A DNA stretch of 64,000 nucleotides from Patescibacteria group bacterium (GCA_034660175.1 JAYEIQ010000006.1:10201-74200); one strand, 5' to 3'; counted from the first letter of the stretch, positions 19,589 to 30,001 are shown. Numbers and translations: made by a program. The notes: generated by a model from the sequence alone, not told the origin.

Positions 19589-20825
19589 CTGATTTGAGAG
19601 AAAGTAAAATTAAGAAAAGGGGAAAAACACGTATAGAATAAATTGGAGTTTCGAAAAAAGAGTGGACCAAAAAGATGAGGAATGATGTGGCGAGAAGTTT
19701 TTTGAAAAGAGTAGGTTTTTTGAGAAAGGCAAAAATTGGAGAGAGAACTAAGCAAAACAAAAGAGAGGCACCCAAGATGCCAATTTCAGAACTGAAATCT
19801 AAAAATAAATTGTGCGCATATATTGGATCTCGAAATTGTGAAGTCGGTTGAATGTAACGAGAGAAATTTCCGATGCCAACTCCGCCAAAGGGATGAGTTG
19901 TTGTGATTTCAATCCCCTTTTGCCACATTTCAATTCTTCCTTTATTGGAGCCTTCTTTTGTGTCAAAAGAAGACTCGAGTCTTTGGGTGAGTGGATTTGG
20001 AATGGCAACAATATAGAAAAGGAATGTTGCCAAAACAGTGGTGGCTAGGATGTATTTTTTGATTAAACAGATAGGTTTGCTTGAAAGAAAAAGAAAGATC
20101 AGACCAAAAATCAAAGACAAATAGGCAGCTCTTGAAAAAGCTAGAGCACTTGCGATGAACAAAGTTATTGCAAATGCTAGGTATAACCTCTTTTTCTCTT
20201 TTATGTAAAGATAGACGGTTAATGGAAGAACCATGTTTATGTAGAGTGAAAAGAGGTGTGGGTCTGGAAATGTTCCAAATGTTCGAAGTATTGTTCTTCC
20301 CTGAATATTTACTAGCCAACTTGGGAAAGTAGCCACTATGTCCGAAAAAGTGTTTCCCAAAAAGACAGGAGCAATGAACCTTGAAGCAAGATCAAGTGGA
20401 AAATTTATTCCAAAAATAAATTGTAAACAGAAGACTATTATTGCAAAGACAGAAACAGTAAAACTGCCCCAAGCGAGAATTTTGTAAAGAAACGTTTTAG
20501 TTTCTTCTTTTTGTGTGAGAGCGAAAGAAATAAAATACAGGGGCATAAGAGAAAAAAGAAAAAGTATTTTTCTGGTAGCTCTTTGTTGGTCAATAGCCCA
20601 AAAGATGGAAAGTAGTGACAGAAGGGCAATTCCCAAAAGGAAAAAAAGGCGAATCCTCTTGTCGAGCAGGAAATGTTTTTCTTTCAGTGAATAGGCAAGC
20701 CAAAAAAGAAAGAGTATGGGAACAAAAATCCTCGTTAAAGAAAGGTCAATTCCCTGAGTAGGGTTCAGGGCAAAACTGAAAGGAATGATAGTTACAAAAA
20801 TCCAAAACAATAATTGGGGTTTCAT
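19578..20825 (-). CDS. O-antigen ligase (Wzy_C) family protein
   Basis: RTFGTFPDPH, FSRAAY, GRIEMW..GVGIGNF, YAHNLFLDFSSEIGILG. Confidence 0.88.
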   Translation of the reverse strand: MKPQLLFWIFVTIIPFSFALNPTQGIDLSLTRIFVPILFLFWLAYSLKEKHFLLDKRIRLFFLLGIALLSLLSIFWAIDQQRATRKILFLFSLMPLYFISFALTQKEETKTFLYKILAWGSFTVSVFAIIVFCLQFIFGINFPLDLASRFIAPVFLGNTFSDIVATFPSWLVNIQGRTILRTFGTFPDPHLFSLYINMVLPLTVYLYIKEKKRLYLAFAITLFIASALAFSRAAYLSLIFGLIFLFLSSKPICLIKKYILATTVLATFLFYIVAIPNPLTQRLESSFDTKEGSNKGRIEMWQKGIEITTTHPFGGVGIGNFSRYIQPTSQFRDPIYAHNLFLDFSSEIGILGASLLFCLVLSPIFAFLKKPTLFKKLLATSFLIFLVHSFFETPIYSIRVFPLFLILLSLKSDDE

Positions 20826-20977
20826 ATCAAAAAAGCATATAAATAAAAAATTATCAGTTTGCGTTTGTTCATTATGGGCAATTTATTGTTTTTTTGCAAA
20901 AAAAAAGCTACACTGGAGTAGAGTATAGATTATTTCATTTCTATAACTGCCAACAGAGACAATTAATAGACTTTTTT

Positions 20978-21715
20978 ATGTTTAAAAAAAACAAACCACT
21001 TATTAAGCCCAGAAAAGAGACAAACAGTCTTTTCCTGGATATAACAGAAAGTGATCGAAGAGTTGCAATTGAGGATATTATTGGCTCGTCAAGTCCCAGA
21101 AAAAGCTTTTTTGTGATGAGTACAGTTTCCGCAATTTTGTGCACATTGGGAATAATCGAAGGCAATGCTGCTGTTATCATTGGCGGAATGCTTGTTGCTC
21201 CAATGCTATCTCCAGTTTTGGCAATTGCCATGGGGATAGGAATGGCAGATTTCAAGCTCGTTTATAGATCTTTTAGGGTTATTTTATTAGCAATTCTATA
21301 TTCATTGGGATTTTCATTTTTGATGGCGCTCCTTCTGGACAAGCCAGATTCGAACAATCTTAACTCGGAAATGGTGTTAAGGATTGGTGTTTCGCTTGAG
21401 ACTTTGCTCGTTTCTTTGGTTGCTGGAATCGCTGCATCTTTTTCAATTATTCGTTCCGAGCTACACAAATACATGGCTGGAATCGCAATTGCTGTTGCCT
21501 TGATTCCGCCTCTTTCAATGAGTGCAATTGGACTTCGAATGTTGGATCCAAACATATTCTATCAGGCATTCATGCAGTATTTGTTTAGTCTTGGCGGAAT
21601 AATTTTGTCTGCTCTGGTTATTTTTTCGCTTTCCAGGTTTTATGTTTCGCGAAAAAAAGTTGAGGAAGAACTTAAAGAGGAGGAAGAAATGTTGAAAACA
21701 GAAGAGAAGAAATAG
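20978..21715 (+). CDS. DUF389/TIGR00341 membrane protein
   Basis: NAAVIIGGMLVAPMLSP and GIAIAVALIPPL. ATG at 20978. Confidence 0.85.
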   Translation: MFKKNKPLIKPRKETNSLFLDITESDRRVAIEDIIGSSSPRKSFFVMSTVSAILCTLGIIEGNAAVIIGGMLVAPMLSPVLAIAMGIGMADFKLVYRSFRVILLAILYSLGFSFLMALLLDKPDSNNLNSEMVLRIGVSLETLLVSLVAGIAASFSIIRSELHKYMAGIAIAVALIPPLSMSAIGLRMLDPNIFYQAFMQYLFSLGGIILSALVIFSLSRFYVSRKKVEEELKEEEEMLKTEEKK

Positions 21716-21738
21716 GAGCTAAAAATTGAAAAGAAAAT

Positions 21739-23184
21739 ATGAGCAAAACTTTTTATATCACAACAGCGCTTCCTTATGTGAATGCAAAACCACACATTGG
21801 TTTTGCGAGAGAAATTGTCCAGGCTGATTGTTTGGCTCGTTACCAAAAGCTTCTTGGAAGAGAAGTGTTTTTTAATACTGGGACAGACGAACATGGACAA
21901 AAGATCTATGAAGTTGCTCAGGAAAAAGGAATTGATCCCCAAGCTCATTGTGATGAGTTGTCAAAAACCTTCAAGAGCTTAAAGGGCCTTTTGAATGTTG
22001 ATTATAACAGGTTCATCAGAACTACCGACAAAGACCATATTGAAGCAGCACAGAAATTTTGGAAAATATGCGATGAGGAGGGGTTTATCTATAAGAAAGA
22101 GTATGAGACAAAATATTGTGTTGGATGTGAATTGGAAAAAACTGACTCAGAACTTGTTAATGGAAAATGTCCAGATCATCCCAATAAGCAGCTACAAATA
22201 TCTAATGAGGATAATTATTTCTTCAAATTTTCAAGTTTTCAAGAGAACTTGAATGACTTGTATAAGAATAACCCAGATTTCATTCAACCATCCAAACGTT
22301 ATAATGAAATTAAGAAATTTGTTGAAGGCGGTTTGGAAGACTTTTCAATTTCTCGCTTGAAGGAAAAAATGCCTTGGGGAATTGAGGTTCCTGGAGACTC
22401 TGACCACGTAATGTATGTATGGTTTGATGCTTTGGTGGACTATATCTCAACACTTGATTGGCCAGACGGTAAAAATTTTGAGAAATTTTGGAACAGTTCT
22501 CTGGAAAGAGTTCAGTTCTGTGGCAAGGACAATTTGCGACAACAAAGTGCAATGTGGCAATCAATGCTATTAGCTGTTGGCGTGAAGAATTCTTCGAAGA
22601 TTTTTGTGAATGGGTTTATCAACGTTGATGGGCAAAAAATGAGCAAATCGATTGGAAATGTTATTTTGCCCGAGGAGCTTGTTGATCGTTATGGAACGGA
22701 AGCTACTAGATATCTCCTTTTGTCTTTTGGCTCATTTGGCGAGGACACTGACATTACATGGGAACGGCTTGATGAAAAATTCAATGCAGATTTAGCGAAT
22801 GGAATTGGAAATTTGATTTCAAGAGTGGTGACTCTGTATCAAAAAGCTGAATTTCAAGTTGATTTTGAGAAAAGTAAAAGGGAACCTTTCAAGGACAACA
22901 AAGAACTTGAAAGGTTGTTCAGCATGGGGCGGTTTGATCAAGAACTGAAGAATGTGAAGTCTCTTGCTACCAAATTGGATAAGCAAATCGAACAGGAAAA
23001 GCCATGGGAGCTTGTAAAGACTGAAAAAGAAGCCTTCCGAGAAAGTATTGAAGGTTTAGCAAGAGGTGTTTATTATATCGGACTAAGACTGGAGCCTTTT
23101 ATGCCAGAAACATCAAAAATCATCAAAGAATCACTAGAAAAGAAGGAAAAGGTTGGGCTTTTTCCTCGTTTGGTTCTCAAATAA
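21739..23184 (+). CDS. metG: Methionine--tRNA ligase (short form)
   Basis: ITTALPYVNAKPHIG, GTDEHG, YVWFDAL, KMSKSIGN. Confidence 0.96.
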   Translation: MSKTFYITTALPYVNAKPHIGFAREIVQADCLARYQKLLGREVFFNTGTDEHGQKIYEVAQEKGIDPQAHCDELSKTFKSLKGLLNVDYNRFIRTTDKDHIEAAQKFWKICDEEGFIYKKEYETKYCVGCELEKTDSELVNGKCPDHPNKQLQISNEDNYFFKFSSFQENLNDLYKNNPDFIQPSKRYNEIKKFVEGGLEDFSISRLKEKMPWGIEVPGDSDHVMYVWFDALVDYISTLDWPDGKNFEKFWNSSLERVQFCGKDNLRQQSAMWQSMLLAVGVKNSSKIFVNGFINVDGQKMSKSIGNVILPEELVDRYGTEATRYLLLSFGSFGEDTDITWERLDEKFNADLANGIGNLISRVVTLYQKAEFQVDFEKSKREPFKDNKELERLFSMGRFDQELKNVKSLATKLDKQIEQEKPWELVKTEKEAFRESIEGLARGVYYIGLRLEPFMPETSKIIKESLEKKEKVGLFPRLVLK

Positions 23185-23277
23185 GACTTGATTTGATTGG
23201 AAGTTTGTTATATCTGTTATATATTTGAGCACTTTAAATACCTTGAGAAAACCTTCAATATATGAAATGAGGCTATT

Positions 23278-23499
23278 ATGATTTTGTTAAGGAATGTTCG
23301 GTTTGTGCTCGTGTTGGGTGTTTATCTGTTATCAAACGTCGTAGCAGTAGCGAATGATTAGGCTGTAGCGGAGTTGGGTGAGATTGTGGAGATTCCTTTG
23401 CTTTGGGCTGGAATTGTGTTTGCAATTGTAGTTGTGTTGTATCATCTCTTTGTACCAAAAGACAAAGATGATGCTAGTTTGAAGAAGGGATATCATTAA
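23278..23499 (+). pseudogene. Small membrane protein frame interrupted by one in-frame TAG
   Basis: MILLRNVRFVLVLGVYLLSNVVAVAND*AVAELGEIVEIPLLWAGIVFAIVVVLYHLFVPKDKDDASLKKGYH*, with TAG at 23359-23361. Confidence 0.45.
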
Positions 23500-23604
23500 A
23501 TTTATAAGGTTGATGAAATAAGTTTAGTGGGTGGATGAGTGAGCACATCATCGGTTCCCAAATAATTATTTCATTTCGTCTAGAAGCAAAACAAAACTTT
23601 TCCT

Positions 23605-24432
23605 ATGATAGACACTCATATTCATCTAGAGTCTGAAGAATATAACGCTGATTGCCAAGAGGTGATCAAGCGGTTTTTTGAAAAGGGAGGAAAGGCACTC
23701 GTCAATGTTGGAGTGAGTGAGGCGAGAATGAAAAAGGCTCAAAAAATCGCCAATAGTGATGAGAGAATATTTGTTGCAATCGGGTTTCATCCCCAGGAGG
23801 GCACTGACTTACAGCGAGCCGGGGAATGTGTGAATTTTGAGGAGATTCTTAAGGATTTTGCACGAGACCATAAGGTTGTGGCTATTGGAGAAATTGGTTT
23901 GGACTATTTTCATCCCAGTGGAAAGGAATTTGATCTGAGAATAACTGAAGAAATCAAAGAAGTTCAAAAAAGGCTATTTGTTACTCAGTTGGAATTGGCA
24001 AGAAAGCTTGATTTGCCTGTTATTGTGCACAGTTGGAACGCAGAAATCGATTGCTGGGAGATTTTGAGTAACTACCTTGACTTGAAAATCGTTTTTCATT
24101 GTTATGGTCGTGGAATAGCACCAGGTTTCACGAAAAAATTGTTGAAATATGAAAATATCAACTTTTCCTTCACTGGAAATGTTACTTTTCCAAAGCCAGG
24201 AAAGTCTGGTGCGGAGCTTTTTGAGCATCTCAAGCTTATCCCTCTGGAAAGAATCATGGTTGAGACTGATGGACCTTTTTTGGCTCCAGTTCCACATAGA
24301 GGAAAGCGCAACGAACCTTTTTTTGTGAAACATATAATTGAAAAAATTGCTCAGGTAAAGGATTTGACAAATGATGAGGTTGAAAAACAAACAGACCAAA
24401 ATGCAATGGATTTTTTTAATTTGAATATTTAG
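23605..24432 (+). CDS. tatD: TatD-family nuclease
   Basis: MIDTHIHL, GFHP, AIGEIGLDY, VFHCY, ETDGPFLAP..RGKRNEP. Confidence 0.93.
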   Translation: MIDTHIHLESEEYNADCQEVIKRFFEKGGKALVNVGVSEARMKKAQKIANSDERIFVAIGFHPQEGTDLQRAGECVNFEEILKDFARDHKVVAIGEIGLDYFHPSGKEFDLRITEEIKEVQKRLFVTQLELARKLDLPVIVHSWNAEIDCWEILSNYLDLKIVFHCYGRGIAPGFTKKLLKYENINFSFTGNVTFPKPGKSGAELFEHLKLIPLERIMVETDGPFLAPVPHRGKRNEPFFVKHIIEKIAQVKDLTNDEVEKQTDQNAMDFFNLNI

Positions 24433-24499
24433 AAGACATTGAATGTGTTGAAAAAGTAATTATATAAAAGATCATATAATTTAACAAAGCTGATATCTT

Positions 24500-25633
24500 A
24501 TGAAAATTGCAATTGATTGTGCTGATCTGGATTGTAGTCGGATCGATGGCACAAGAGTCTATATTAAAAACGTTTTGAACTATTTGGGGCAGCTTGCTCC
24601 TAATGATGAGTTTTTGCTCTATCACAAAGGTGATTTCAACCCACTTCTTTTGCCAAAATGGTATCCAAACTATGTCGAGTGCAAAATTCCATACCGATTT
24701 TGGTGGACGCAAACACGTCTAGCGTTTGAGCTCAGAGCTGACAAGCCAGATGTTTGTTGGATGCCCATTCAACAGATTCCCTTCATTGGCCCTAAGGAAA
24801 CGAAATATGTGGTGACAATTCATGATTTGGCTTTTAAGATATTTCCTGACTATTTTTTGAGGGGCGACAGAAGAAAGCTTAACTTTTTTGCGGATACCGC
24901 TATTAAACATGCCGATGGGCTTATTGCTATTTCAGAATCAACAAAAAAAGATATTTTGAAACTTTATCCAAAAACAAATAAAGAAAAGATATCTGTTGTT
25001 CACCATGGTTTCGAGTCTGATCTATTTTCAAAACAATACTCGAATGAGGAAATAGACAGTGTTTTAAAAAAATATAAAATCATTAAGAAGGACAGACACC
25101 CATTCATTTTGTATGTTGGCGCGATTCAACCAAGGAAAGATCTAGTGACATTGGTCAGGGCTTTCGAAAGAATAAAGTACAGAGATGGTAATGACGGGCT
25201 CGAACTTGTTTTGGTTGGTGAGCTAGCATGGAAAGCGGAGAAGACCTTGGTGGCTGTTGAAAATTCTGAATTCAGTAAAGATATTGTCTTAACAGGAAAG
25301 GTCAACTTTAAAGATCTTGGGAAAATCTATCAGGGAGCAAATGTTTTTGCCTTTCCTGCTCTGTATGAAGGCTTTGGAATACCTATTTTAGAAGCTTTTG
25401 CATCCAAAGTTCCTGTTGTTGTGGCTGACAACTCTTCTCTTGTGGAGGTGGGTGGCGAGGCGGTTCAGAAGTTTGAGGGTGGAGATATCAATCAATTTGC
25501 TGATGTTTTGCAAAAAGTGCTCAAAAATTCTATAATAAGAGAAAGAATGATTTCAAAAGGACTTGAAAGAGCAGCACAATTCTCATGGAAAAAATGTGCG
25601 CAGGAGACACTTAATGTCTTAAAAAGCGCTTAA
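24500..25633 (+). CDS. Glycosyltransferase family 4 (GT-B)
   Basis: TIHDL, YVGAIQPRKD, FPALYEGFGIPILEA, FSWKKCA. Confidence 0.92.
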   Translation: MKIAIDCADLDCSRIDGTRVYIKNVLNYLGQLAPNDEFLLYHKGDFNPLLLPKWYPNYVECKIPYRFWWTQTRLAFELRADKPDVCWMPIQQIPFIGPKETKYVVTIHDLAFKIFPDYFLRGDRRKLNFFADTAIKHADGLIAISESTKKDILKLYPKTNKEKISVVHHGFESDLFSKQYSNEEIDSVLKKYKIIKKDRHPFILYVGAIQPRKDLVTLVRAFERIKYRDGNDGLELVLVGELAWKAEKTLVAVENSEFSKDIVLTGKVNFKDLGKIYQGANVFAFPALYEGFGIPILEAFASKVPVVVADNSSLVEVGGEAVQKFEGGDINQFADVLQKVLKNSIIRERMISKGLERAAQFSWKKCAQETLNVLKSA

Positions 25634-25635
25634 AG

Positions 25636-26586
25636 ATGGAAATCAAAAAAAATATACAACTTAAAGACTATTCAACATTCAAAATTGGCGGACCGGCAAA
25701 GTTTTTTTGTGAAGTGAGAACAATTGAAGATTTGAGTGAGGCTTTGACTTGGGCTCGTGAAAACAAGCAAAGATTTTTCATTTTGGGAGGAGGAAGCAAC
25801 ATTCTTTTTATGGATAAAGGTTTTGATGGTTTGGTTGTAAAAGTTAACAACGAAGAAATAAAAATTGTTAGCAGTAACGAAAATGGTGTAATTGTTAGCT
25901 GTGGAGCAGGGGCAAAATTTTCCAATTTAGTGAAGTTTTCATTGGAAAATAAGTTGTCGGGACTGGAATGGGCCATTGGAGTTCCTGGTGAAGTTGGTGG
26001 AGCTGTTCGTGGCAATGCAGGATGTTTTGGTGGTGAAATGAAGGATGTTGTGAAAAAAGTTGAAGTCTTGAAAATCGAGAAAGGGGAAAAAGAAAAAAAG
26101 GTAGCTTTGTCGAATCAAGAATGCAAATTTGATTATCGCAATAGTATTTTTAAGATGGATCCGAGTTTTGTGATTTGGGATTGTGAACTGGAATTGAAAA
26201 AAGGAGATATCAACAAGAGCAAAAAGGAAATTCATGAGATCATCAAGAAACGCAAAGAGAGACAACCAGCACTTTCCGAATTTCCTTCGATAGGCAGTGT
26301 TTTCAAGAATCCCAAAGCAAACCAAGATGTTATCAGACAGTTTGAAGAAGATAATAATGTGAAGTGCAGAGGTGACAAAGTCCCTGCAGGGTGGATTATC
26401 GAGCAGTGCGATTTGAAAAAGAAGAGGATTGGCGGTGCTATGCTTAGTGATCAACAAGCCAACTTTATTCTCAATATGGGCAATGCAACAGCAGACGACG
26501 TTTTAATTTTGATCAGTCTTGTCAAAATGAAAGTGCGAAACAAATTCAATGTTCAATTGGAAGAGGAAGCGCAGATCGTGATGTGA
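25636..26586 (+). CDS. murB: UDP-N-acetylmuramate dehydrogenase
   Basis: STFKIGGPA, LGGGSN, GVPGEVGGAVRGNAG, FDYRNS, GSVFKNP, ANFILN. Confidence 0.96.
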   Translation: MEIKKNIQLKDYSTFKIGGPAKFFCEVRTIEDLSEALTWARENKQRFFILGGGSNILFMDKGFDGLVVKVNNEEIKIVSSNENGVIVSCGAGAKFSNLVKFSLENKLSGLEWAIGVPGEVGGAVRGNAGCFGGEMKDVVKKVEVLKIEKGEKEKKVALSNQECKFDYRNSIFKMDPSFVIWDCELELKKGDINKSKKEIHEIIKKRKERQPALSEFPSIGSVFKNPKANQDVIRQFEEDNNVKCRGDKVPAGWIIEQCDLKKKRIGGAMLSDQQANFILNMGNATADDVLILISLVKMKVRNKFNVQLEEEAQIVM

Positions 26587-26601
26587 TTTTGTGGAGTTTG
26601 A

Positions 26602-26759
26602 TGACTTGGCTGTCATTGTCTCACAAAAATTTTCAGGAACTGGTCGCTCCAGGTAGTTGTGTCCATTCAACAAGGAAAACCTTCTTGTTTGCTGAACATC
26701 ATGAGTATTTGTATTGCTTTCCACTAAAAATTTATTGTTCACCAACAACAATCAGGTCA
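26602..26759. repeat. Dispersed structured repeat, copy 1 (CTGGTCGCTCCAG family)
   Basis: Shares TCACAAAAA-TTT-AG...ACTGGTCGCTCCAG...CTAAAA-TT...CAACAAC with 57050-57204. Has a terminal stem. Confidence 0.6.
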
Positions 26760-26837
26760 CATTTGTTTTGAGATCAAATAATTTTCAAAAACTTTTGTAC
26801 TATAGGATGCAGGAGAGTTAAAAAGTAAAAAACAACA

Positions 26838-27176
26838 ATGCCAATGCGCTATTTTTTTGGTTCGACGAGAGTGAATGAGCAGGAGAAGGAATACTTAACG
26901 GAGAAAGTGTTAAGATGTAAAAAATTGCTTAGTAACTATTCCAAGCAGGAACTTTCAGTTGAGGTGGAAGTAGAACAGGATAAAAAGAGTTTTTGGAGAG
27001 TTGAAATGATGATCAGAACTCCACACGAGCTTTTTCGAGTGGACAAACGGGATGGAGATTTTTTCAAAGCAGTTGATCTTGTCAGTGATGTTTTGACGGA
27101 ACAGATTCGCAGAAGCAGAGAAAAGATAAGAGACAGACAGAGAAGAAAAGAGAAGTTGGCAAAAGTAAGATTATAG
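26838..27176 (+). CDS. raiA: Ribosome hibernation factor HPF/RaiA (short)
   Basis: EYLTEKV..., VEVEV, FFKAVDLVSDVLTEQIRRSREK. Classic position upstream of secA. Confidence 0.8.
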   Translation: MPMRYFFGSTRVNEQEKEYLTEKVLRCKKLLSNYSKQELSVEVEVEQDKKSFWRVEMMIRTPHELFRVDKRDGDFFKAVDLVSDVLTEQIRRSREKIRDRQRRKEKLAKVRL

Positions 27177-27301
27177 GTTAAAAAGGATATTTAGACAAGG
27201 GTGCTTTTGTAGTGCCTTTGTTTTTTTCTTGATAATCTATTAGTATTCTCATATACTTAAAAAGATATGAATTAAATTTTCTTATTTATATAGCATAAAC
27301 T

Positions 27302-30001
27302 ATGAAATTTATTGAAAAGCTTTTTGGCGGTGCTCAGAACAAGCAGTTGTCTCGAATGCAAGTTGTTGTTGAAAAGATCAATGAACTTGAACCACAGATT
27401 CAGAAGCTGACAGACGAGGAGCTCAAAGAAAAAACCAAACAATTCAAAAAGCAACTAGAAGAAAAGAGGGGCAAAGAAGCGAAGAAAGAACTGGACGAAA
27501 TTCTCCCAGAGGCCTTTGCCGTTGTTCGTGAAGGGGCTCATAGGGTTATCGGAGAGAGGGCCTACGATACTCAATTGATTGGTGCGATGGTTCTCCATCA
27601 TGGAAAAATCGCTGAAATGAAAACGGGGGAAGGAAAAACTTTAGCTGCTGTTTTGGCAGTCTATCTCAATGCTCTGACTGGGAATGGTGTTCACGTGATC
27701 ACTGTGAATGACTATCTTTCCAAACGTGATGCTAATTGGATGGGAAGTATCTATCACTTTCTTGGTTTGTCTACTGCTTGTTTGAATCACGATGTGTCAT
27801 ATCTGTATCAGCCAAAAGTTGTAGATTCCAACGAGGTTAGCGTTGAAATGGAAAATCTCAAAGCAATAACCAGAACAGAAGCATATAAGGCTGATGTTCT
27901 TTATGGAACAAATAACGAGTTTGGCTTTGATTATCTTCGTGACAATATGGCTCAGGACTTAGCTCATCTTGTTCAACGGCCTTTGAATTTTGCAATTGTT
28001 GATGAGGTTGACTCCATCTTGATTGATGAGGCAAGAACTCCACTTATCATTTCTGCTCCGGACACAGAGTCCACAAGGATGTATCAACAATTTGCTCGCT
28101 TGGTTCCAAGACTCAATGAAAATGGAGATTACAACGTTGATGAAAAGCTGAAAAGTGTTGTTTTGACAGCAGAAGGAATATCAAAAATGGAAAAATGGCT
28201 TGGAATTGGAAATATATATGAAACATCGAAAGTTACATATGTTCATCACTTGGAGCAGGCTCTCAAGGCTCATGTTCTGTTCACTCGCGACAGGGATTAT
28301 GTGATAAAAGAAGGGGAAGTTATTATTGTTGATGAGTTTACCGGTCGCATGATGGCAGGTCGTCGCTATAGCGAGGGATTGCATCAGGCAATTGAGGCAA
28401 AAGAGAATGTAAAAGTGCAACGAGAGTCTCGAACTTTGGCTACGATCACGTTCCAGAACTATTTCAGAATGTACGAGAAGCTCTCAGGCATGACTGGAAC
28501 AGCTCTAACCTCAGCTGAGGAGCTTTTCAGGGTGTATGAGCTTGAAGTGACAGAAATTCCAACTAACAAGTCCTTGGCAAGAAATGACATGCGAGACGTT
28601 GTGTATAAGTCGGAAAAGGGGAAATTCAGTGCAATTATTGACGAGATCATGCGACTGCACAACGAAGGACGGCCAGTTTTGGTAGGAACAATTGCAATTG
28701 AGAAGTCAGAATATTTATCGGCAGTTCTTGAAAAAAGGGGAATTGATCATGAAGTTCTCAATGCTAAAAATCATGAACGTGAAGCACAAATAATTTCTAA
28801 GGCAGGACAAAAGGGTGCGGTCACGATTGCAACAAATATGGCGGGAAGAGGAACTGATATCAAACTTGGTGATGGCGTGAGAGAGGTTGGAGGTTTGCAC
28901 ATTCTTGGGACTGAGCGTCACGAAGCCAGACGAATTGACAACCAGCTCAGGGGTCGTGCTGGGAGGCAAGGTGACCCCGGCTCATCACAATTTTTTGTTT
29001 CTTTGGAAGATGAGCTCATGAGACGATTTGGAGGAGATCGAATGGGTGGGATCATGAACAAACTTGGTCTGCCAGAGGATCAACCAATTGAAAACAAAAT
29101 GGTTTCTCGTTCCATTGAATCAGCTCAAGGAAAAATTGAGGGATTCAACTTTGACATGAGAAAAAGGATTTTGGAATATGACGATGTTATGAACAAACAG
29201 CGTGAAACTATATACAAGAAAAGAAAAGAAGCATTGGGAAAAGAAAGTGTTAAAGAAGACATTCGCGCAATGCTTGTTGATGAGGTGGAGTCAATAGTTG
29301 GAGCGCACACTGCGCTTGATGACGAAGATGAGTGGAACGTTGAAGAGATATCTGAAGAAGTTGAAACGCTTTGTGGTGAGGGTTCTTCTGATGTGCATAA
29401 AAAATTGATTGAGATGAAAAGATCAAAAGATTTTTCTCAGAGTGCAGAAAAGAAAAGTGCGATGATCGATCTTTTGGTTGGTCAGGTCAAAAAGATTTAT
29501 GGTGAAAAAGAAAAAGAGCTTGGTTCTGAGCAGCTTCGTGCTGTTGAGAAAAGTTTGATGCTCAGAACAACTGATAGTTTTTGGATGGATCATCTTGAGC
29601 AAATAGAGCGTGTTCGTGAGGGAATTGGTTTCCAGGGATATGGACAGCGTGATCCATTGATAATGTATAAGAAAGAGGCATTCAATTTGTTTCAAGGTCT
29701 TCTTGCAAACATCAATCGCACCATTATCAATGCTCTTTTCAAAATTCAGCTAGTGCCTGCTCGGGAAGCGTCAGCACGAACAAGGGTTCCCGAGAATGTT
29801 TCATACAGTGGAGGAGAGGAAGCTGGACAATTCGAAGGTGGTTCAGAGGTTAGTGATGGCGGTGCAGAAGCTTCTGCGGTAGAAAGGAAGGAAGCAGCTC
29901 CGACAGCACCAATTGTGAATGATGGCAAAAGTGTAGGTCGCAATGATCCTTGTCCGTGTGGAAGTGGGAAAAAGTACAAGAAGTGTCACGGAAAGAACTA
30001 G
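27302..30001 (+). CDS. secA: Preprotein translocase ATPase SecA
   Basis: MKTGEGKT, DEVDSILIDEARTPLIIS, QLRGRAGRQGDPG, SEC-C GRNDPCPCGSGKKYKKCHG. Confidence 0.99.
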   Translation: MKFIEKLFGGAQNKQLSRMQVVVEKINELEPQIQKLTDEELKEKTKQFKKQLEEKRGKEAKKELDEILPEAFAVVREGAHRVIGERAYDTQLIGAMVLHHGKIAEMKTGEGKTLAAVLAVYLNALTGNGVHVITVNDYLSKRDANWMGSIYHFLGLSTACLNHDVSYLYQPKVVDSNEVSVEMENLKAITRTEAYKADVLYGTNNEFGFDYLRDNMAQDLAHLVQRPLNFAIVDEVDSILIDEARTPLIISAPDTESTRMYQQFARLVPRLNENGDYNVDEKLKSVVLTAEGISKMEKWLGIGNIYETSKVTYVHHLEQALKAHVLFTRDRDYVIKEGEVIIVDEFTGRMMAGRRYSEGLHQAIEAKENVKVQRESRTLATITFQNYFRMYEKLSGMTGTALTSAEELFRVYELEVTEIPTNKSLARNDMRDVVYKSEKGKFSAIIDEIMRLHNEGRPVLVGTIAIEKSEYLSAVLEKRGIDHEVLNAKNHEREAQIISKAGQKGAVTIATNMAGRGTDIKLGDGVREVGGLHILGTERHEARRIDNQLRGRAGRQGDPGSSQFFVSLEDELMRRFGGDRMGGIMNKLGLPEDQPIENKMVSRSIESAQGKIEGFNFDMRKRILEYDDVMNKQRETIYKKRKEALGKESVKEDIRAMLVDEVESIVGAHTALDDEDEWNVEEISEEVETLCGEGSSDVHKKLIEMKRSKDFSQSAEKKSAMIDLLVGQVKKIYGEKEKELGSEQLRAVEKSLMLRTTDSFWMDHLEQIERVREGIGFQGYGQRDPLIMYKKEAFNLFQGLLANINRTIINALFKIQLVPAREASARTRVPENVSYSGGEEAGQFEGGSEVSDGGAEASAVERKEAAPTAPIVNDGKSVGRNDPCPCGSGKKYKKCHGKN

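Noticed and set aside
26503-26771. Short ORFs between murB and raiA
   Set aside because: No recognisable protein features. They coincide with the non-coding structured repeat.
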